Origin: a virus
Direction: 5' to 3' (one strand)
DNA: 35,337 bases
Virus record (IMG/VR): IMGVR_UViG_3300045988_098553
Notes under the pieces: model-generated
What the model was told of the DNA's origin: nothing
Seen by the model: only the letters and a program-made list of their open reading frames with translations
Databases searched by the model: none
Position numbers and translations under genes: made by a program
Part shown: piece after piece, positions 31,326-35,337 of the stretch
Layout of the letters: each line of letters opens with the position of its first letter
Numbering within the stretch: the first letter of the stretch is position 1

Positions 31326-32585
31326 ATGAGCCTTATCAAGACCACCAAGAGCGCATCCAAGATCGCCGAGGCCTTCCAGTCCGGCGACCCGAAGCAGATG
31401 GAAAGCGCCTGGGATGCTTTCGGCAACGAGATCGCCGAGTCCATCCGCGCCGACTTCGAGCTTTACAACCAGTCCAAGGACGATCAGGTCCTTGCAAATC
31501 GTGGCTACCGCACGCTGACCGCCAAGGAGTCCGCTTGGTACACCGGCATCGCCCAGGCGCTCAAGGGTGCCGAGTCTAAGCAGGCCTTCATCGACATCCT
31601 CGATGACGAGCACGTCGATGACCTGATGCCCGAGACCGTCATCGAGGACGTCCTGCGCTACCTCATCGAGACCCGACCGCTGCTCAGCAAGATTCATTTT
31701 GCGAATGCCGGCTACTCGACCAAGTGGATCATCAATGACTCCACGGTGCAAAAGGGCACCTGGGGCGAGATTGACGAGAAGATCACCAAAGATATCAAGA
31801 GCGCGCTCAAGGTCCTCGACATCACTCAGGCCAAGTACACCGCTTTCTGCATCATCCCGCTCGACCTTCTCGACATGGGGCCTGTATTCCTCGATGCCTT
31901 CATCCGCGCCGTCATGGCCGAGGCGCTCGGCTACGGCCTTGAGGATGCCATCGTCAACGGAACCGGCGTCCATATGCCCGTCGGTGTGACCAAGAACCCC
32001 AACGGCGATTTCAATCAGTCCACCGGCTACCCCGACAAGGAGAAGGTTGCCGTAACGTCCTTTGCGCCTGCCGATTACGGCAAGCTCGTCGCCAAGGTCG
32101 CGCTCACCGAGAAGGGCAAGATGCGCGACATCAACAGCGTCGTGCTGCTCGTCAACACGGTCGACTACCTGACCAAGGTGATGCCGGCGACCACCGTGCT
32201 CGCCCCCGAGGTCGGCGGCTACGTGCGCGACCTGTTCCCGTTCCCGACCGAGGTCATCAAGTCCAATGTCGTCAAGACCGGCACCGCCGTGCTCGGAGTC
32301 ATCGAGGACTATACGCTCGCCGTCGGCGGCAAGCGCAACGGCGCCATCATCTTCGATGACTCCACCAACTTCCTCGACGATGCCCGCACCTTCAAGCTCA
32401 TCCAGCATGCAGCCGGTCGCGCCTACGACAACACCAGCTTCGAGGTACTGGACATCACCAACCTCGACCCGGCGTATGTCACGGTCAAGAATGTCAACGC
32501 CGCCGCTGCCGCGAGCGTCGAGACCCAGTCCGATACCTCCGAGGCCCACGCCGTCGAGGATGCCGCCGAGCTGCCCGTAGCTTAA
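31326..32585 (+). CDS. Major capsid protein, HK97 fold family (419 aa)
   Basis: Position after the protease. Helical N-terminal delta-like region. Strong TAGGAG RBS. Confidence 0.88.
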   Translation: MSLIKTTKSASKIAEAFQSGDPKQMESAWDAFGNEIAESIRADFELYNQSKDDQVLANRGYRTLTAKESAWYTGIAQALKGAESKQAFIDILDDEHVDDLMPETVIEDVLRYLIETRPLLSKIHFANAGYSTKWIINDSTVQKGTWGEIDEKITKDIKSALKVLDITQAKYTAFCIIPLDLLDMGPVFLDAFIRAVMAEALGYGLEDAIVNGTGVHMPVGVTKNPNGDFNQSTGYPDKEKVAVTSFAPADYGKLVAKVALTEKGKMRDINSVVLLVNTVDYLTKVMPATTVLAPEVGGYVRDLFPFPTEVIKSNVVKTGTAVLGVIEDYTLAVGGKRNGAIIFDDSTNFLDDARTFKLIQHAAGRAYDNTSFEVLDITNLDPAYVTVKNVNAAAAASVETQSDTSEAHAVEDAAELPVA

Positions 32586-32599
32586 GTAGGAGGTAGCGC

Positions 32600-32908
32600 A
32601 TGGAGCTTGTCGACAAGGTACGGCACAAACTTCGCGTGACCTACCGAGACGATGAGGTCGATGAGCGCATTGCCGAGATCATGGAGCAGGCCGACCTCGA
32701 CCTCCGCTCAATGCTCGGCATCTCCGATGGCTCCTTTGACTTCAACGATGCCGGTGCCGAGCGTGCGCTCTATCTCGCGTACTGCTTTTACGAGTGGAAT
32801 GACGCGCTCGACGATTTCGAGGTCAATTACGCCGAGAAGATCGCCAAGTGCCGAGATAGGTGGTTGGCGGTGGAATATGCTAAAGAAACGGCCTCTACCG
32901 AGCTATAG
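32600..32908 (+). CDS. Head-tail connector protein (gp6-like), 102 aa
   Basis: KLRVTYRDDEVDERIAEIMEQADLDLRSMLGI is typical of the Phage_connect_1 family. First gene after the capsid gene. Confidence 0.7.
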   Translation: MELVDKVRHKLRVTYRDDEVDERIAEIMEQADLDLRSMLGISDGSFDFNDAGAERALYLAYCFYEWNDALDDFEVNYAEKIAKCRDRWLAVEYAKETASTEL

Positions 32909-33233
32909 TGACGGCGTGGTTGGGATCTATACCGAGACCCGCACGCCGTCCTCTTTCGGCGCGAAGCGCAATCCGAGCGTCCCCTACGACCTCGATGCGC
33001 TCGTGCGTCTGTTCTTCCGCTCGTGCTCGGTGCGCGACCAAGATTACGAGGTCTCCGAACGCCTTGGATTCACGTGCAGCGCGAAGATTTGCACCCACAA
33101 CATCCAGGCGGTGAAGCCCGGAATGAAAGCGGTCATCGGGGCCACGATCTACGGCATCGCCCACATCGACAGGACGAATACAGAAATGTACCTCTACCTT
33201 GATGGAGGCGTGCCGTATGTCGACGCCAGATAG
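32877..33233 (+). CDS. Head closure / head-tail adaptor protein (118 aa)
   Basis: Synteny and size. Start ATG 32877 chosen within track ORF 32652..33233. Confidence 0.6.
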   Translation: MLKKRPLPSYSDGVVGIYTETRTPSSFGAKRNPSVPYDLDALVRLFFRSCSVRDQDYEVSERLGFTCSAKICTHNIQAVKPGMKAVIGATIYGIAHIDRTNTEMYLYLDGGVPYVDAR

Positions 33234-33585
33234 CACGCTCGACCGCATCCGCGACGCGCTCGCGACCGTCGACGATGTCGTTTTCTACGGCACCGCCGCC
33301 GGCCTGAAAGAGAGCGACCCGTGGGACTACACTGTCTTTTCCCGCGAGGAGACCCGCGCGAAGGACAACCTGACTGGATATACGAACGTGTATTCGGTCG
33401 CGATGGTGCGTGAGAGCTACGTGCCCGACGGTGCCGCCGCCGAGGTGATCGCCGCGATGACCGCAATCCCCGGCATGCGCCTGGACCATGGCACCGCCAT
33501 CGGGTATTACTACACGACGAAGCCCGGCACCAAGGACGTCGTTGAGATGATGACGCTTCGATTCGTCAAGGCGGTCAAGTCGTGA
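33217..33585 (+). CDS. Neck / tail-completion module protein (122 aa)
   Basis: Synteny between the adaptor and the gp10-like gene. Start ATG 33217. Confidence 0.5.
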   Translation: MSTPDSTLDRIRDALATVDDVVFYGTAAGLKESDPWDYTVFSREETRAKDNLTGYTNVYSVAMVRESYVPDGAAAEVIAAMTAIPGMRLDHGTAIGYYYTTKPGTKDVVEMMTLRFVKAVKS

Positions 33586-33986
33586 GCGGCTGGGCATTTA
33601 TCGGCGAGGCCGATTTTGCCGCCGTCACCGTGGCGGCTCAGCAATACCCAGACAACGCCGAACGCGCCATCAACGAGGTATTGCATAACGAGGCCGGACC
33701 GGTCATCTACCGCGGCATCAATCCGCTCATCCATGCATCGGGCAGGACCTTTAAAGGCCATAAGGCATCGGCAAAGGTGTCCGATTGGCCCGAATACCGC
33801 ACGAATGAGAATCTTGCCGTGACGGTCGCTGCCAAGGGCAACTATCGATACCTCTACTTTCCCGATGACGGCAGCAATACCAACAGGCACGCCGGCAACC
33901 AGCAATTTTTCAAGCGCGGCGCTGAGGCGGTAATCCCGAGGATTGTCGAGCGCTGTGTGCAGGCAATTACAAGTGAATGGAGTTGA
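33582..33986 (+). CDS. HK97 gp10-like tail-completion protein (134 aa)
   Basis: Size and position immediately before the major tail protein. GTG start overlaps the upstream stop. Confidence 0.6.
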   Translation: MSGWAFIGEADFAAVTVAAQQYPDNAERAINEVLHNEAGPVIYRGINPLIHASGRTFKGHKASAKVSDWPEYRTNENLAVTVAAKGNYRYLYFPDDGSNTNRHAGNQQFFKRGAEAVIPRIVERCVQAITSEWS

Positions 33987-33987
33987 G

Positions 33988-34548
33988 ATGGCAATCAAAA
34001 CGACCGTCTTTTCCGAGTACGAAGTGCGCGAGCTCGTCGTGAAGCTCGGCACCGAGACGTGCCCAATCAAGTGCGTCGGATCCCTTGAAGAGGAGACCGA
34101 GGTTATCCAGATCACAAAGAAGTGCCGAGGCGTGGTCGCCAAGAAGCGCACGCGCGGCACCGGCAGCGGCACGCTCAAGCTGACCGCGCACATGCCCCGA
34201 GACCTCTATAACCGCCTCATGGCCATGAAGTCCGACAAGCTCAAGCCCGGCGTAACCGCCTACGGGCGCTCGTCTGTGCATCCGGAATTCGTGCTGACCG
34301 GTCGAGTTTTTGACGAGGACGAAAACGAGAAGCTCAAGGCATGGCCCGTCTGCGTGATGAATACCGGCCCCGCATCCAAGATCGAGAACGGTGCCGAGGA
34401 GGTCGCCGAGTTCGAGGTCGAAATCGGATTCTCGCCGGATGAGAATGGCTTCGGCCACTACGAGTGTGACCTCGAAGATGCCACCGAGGACGTAAAGAAC
34501 GCCTGGATGGAGAGCTTCACCCCGGAGCTTGTCAAGGCGGATGAGTAG
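33988..34548 (+). CDS. Major tail protein (186 aa)
   Basis: Position upstream of the chaperone pair and tape measure gene. Start ATG 33988 right after the upstream stop. Confidence 0.75.
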   Translation: MAIKTTVFSEYEVRELVVKLGTETCPIKCVGSLEEETEVIQITKKCRGVVAKKRTRGTGSGTLKLTAHMPRDLYNRLMAMKSDKLKPGVTAYGRSSVHPEFVLTGRVFDEDENEKLKAWPVCVMNTGPASKIENGAEEVAEFEVEIGFSPDENGFGHYECDLEDATEDVKNAWMESFTPELVKADE

Positions 34549-34550
34549 CC

Positions 34551-34706
34551 ATGGCGACCAAAAAGGTGAAAGTCCAGGTCCTAAAGGCCTTTATCGACCG
34601 CCGCTCCAAGCGCGTGCACGCCGTTGGCGATGTGCTCAACATCACCGATAACCGTCTTGCCGAGATTCGCAAGGTCGACCCTGACCTCGTCCAGGAGATT
34701 AACTAG
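34551..34706 (+). CDS. Small hypothetical protein (51 aa) between major tail and chaperone genes
   Basis: ATG 34551 lies 2 nt after the major tail stop. Below the track cut-off. Confidence 0.4.
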   Translation: MATKKVKVQVLKAFIDRRSKRVHAVGDVLNITDNRLAEIRKVDPDLVQEIN

Positions 34707-34714
34707 CAGATGTC

Positions 34715-34732
34715 GGGGCGCTTTGGCGCCCC
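34715..34732 (+). other. GC hairpin ggggcgc-tttg-gcgcccc without U-tract (possible attenuator/RNA stabiliser)
   Basis: 7-bp perfect stem. Followed by ggccctta, not a T-run. Confidence 0.3.
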
Positions 34733-34753
34733 GGCCCTTATGGAGGACGCGAA

Positions 34754-35131
34754 ATGCCCAAGCCCAAGCGCAATATCAATGCCTCGACCGAGATTGAGAT
34801 GAGTGATGGCACCAAGCTCAAGCTCACGATCACCTGGGGGCTGCTCATCAAGCTACGAGCGCTCAATAAGCAGCTTTACTCCCAATTCAGCCATGTGGTC
34901 ATGGCCGGTGCAGCCGATGACGTGCTCAAGATGCTCGATATCGTCTACTGCGGCTATCTCTGCCAGTACATCGAGGACAACGGCACGCTCGCCGATGCGC
35001 TCACACAGGACGAGTTTATCGCCGTGGCGCCCGCCGACGTCAATGCCGTCACGATGGCGGCGATGGCACTGATCTCCCCAAAAGAGATGGCGCGTTTTCA
35101 GAACCGTTCCGAAAGCGCGCAAGGGAACTAG
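34754..35131 (+). CDS. Tail assembly chaperone (gpG-like), 125 aa
   Basis: Immediately upstream of the tape measure gene in the circular map. Contains a slippery heptamer near its 3' end. Confidence 0.8.
   Translation: MPKPKRNINASTEIEMSDGTKLKLTITWGLLIKLRALNKQLYSQFSHVVMAGAADDVLKMLDIVYCGYLCQYIEDNGTLADALTQDEFIAVAPADVNAVTMAAMALISPKEMARFQNRSESAQGN
35077..35120 (+). promoter_or_regulatory. Programmed -1 ribosomal frameshift signal: slippery C CCA AAA, 6-nt spacer, 10-bp stem-loop
   Basis: Heptamer 35077..35083 in X XXY YYZ phase with the G frame. Stem gcgcgttttc (35090..35099) / gaaagcgcgc (35111..35120) with one G-U pair and an 11-nt loop. Confidence 0.75.
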
Positions 35132-35337
35132 GCGCCAAGGAGAAATCAAAGCTGGTCGCGCGCCCTCCGAAATTTGAAATAACCGACGTTGAAGATGCCT
35201 ATGCCTTTTACGTCCTCGTCCTCGGCATGTCCGAGGACATTTTTTTTAACGCCGACATCCCATTCCTATTGAGCGTCATGGCGAACAAAAACGCCTATGA
35301 CCTCTGGCAATCGTCTGTCGAGAACAAACTCCGAGAG
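35083..35337 (+). CDS. gpT-like -1 frame extension of the chaperone (G-T fusion about 199 aa); runs off the window end and finishes at 100..114
   Basis: The -1 frame is free of stops from the heptamer to the window end and on to TAG 112..114. There is no start codon near its beginning. Confidence 0.75.
35239..35337. repeat. Terminal direct repeat, copy 2 (identical to 1..99)
   Basis: Exact 99-nt identity with the window start. Confidence 0.9.

Larger units (their letters stand above)
1..35337. mobile_element. Complete circular temperate siphovirus-type phage genome (35,238 unique bp + 99-bp overlap)
   Basis: Full co-linear module set: packaging, head, neck, tail, baseplate, lysis, lysogeny and early genes. 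The first 99 nt equal the last 99 nt, and an ORF reads through the junction. Confidence 0.85.

Noticed and set aside
31323-32549. 408-aa minus-strand ORF antisense to the major capsid gene. Similar long antisense ORFs: 30590..31444, 15081..15947, 25259..25921, 20555..21286, 7462..8112, 33510..34193.
   Set aside because: Each is fully embedded opposite a well-supported + strand gene, has low-complexity G/D/R/A-rich translations and no RBS context. This is the typical stop-codon-poor antisense frame of GC-rich DNA.
1-35337. Search for tRNA/rRNA genes and for a second, remote VR copy of the TR.
   Set aside because: I saw no cloverleaf-like or rRNA-like segment, and no other stretch resembling ggaatggctct...gcttgcgccgcgcg...aacgcttcgcgcg. 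The search was by eye only and needs tRNAscan-SE and a TR self-BLAST.

Overview
The window is a complete, circularly closed genome of a GC-rich temperate siphovirus-type phage: 35,238 unique bp plus a 99-bp overlap (1..99 = 35239..35337).

Layout, mostly on the + strand:
- Tail and baseplate: tape measure, Dit-like, Tal-like and BppU-like proteins.
- A receptor-binding protein whose 3' end is the variable repeat (VR) of a diversity-generating retroelement (DGR). Order is VR 8761..8867, template repeat (TR) 8990..9096, then the reverse transcriptase (RT) 9251..10321.
- Lysis cassette.
- On the - strand, a large serine integrase and a small CI-like repressor.
- A divergent promoter/operator switch, then a Cro-like gene.
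- A long early region of small Cys-rich paralogues, a RusA-like resolvase, a second (tyrosine) integrase, a MihF-like IHF, and DUF3310 and DUF4373 proteins.
- A sigma-region-4-like late regulator.
- Packaging and head genes: HNH endonuclease, TerS (P27 family), TerL, HK97-type portal, ClpP-type protease and major capsid protein.
- Neck genes, major tail protein, and a G/GT tail-chaperone pair whose -1 frameshift product reads across the circular junction.

The MihF-like gene and the GC-rich codon usage suggest an Actinomycetota host (inference).

Main finding: the DGR. All 15 VR/TR differences over 107 bp fall on TR adenines, and no Avd-like ORF is visible.

Other unexplained structure:
- a ~145-nt multi-stem element just after cro;
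- a 10-mer shared by two AT-rich intergenic regions;
- two integrase families in one genome;
- two families of Cys-rich/zinc-ribbon paralogues;
- a lambda Q/tR'-like arrangement in front of the late operon.

All homology statements come from motif recognition by eye. No database search was run.
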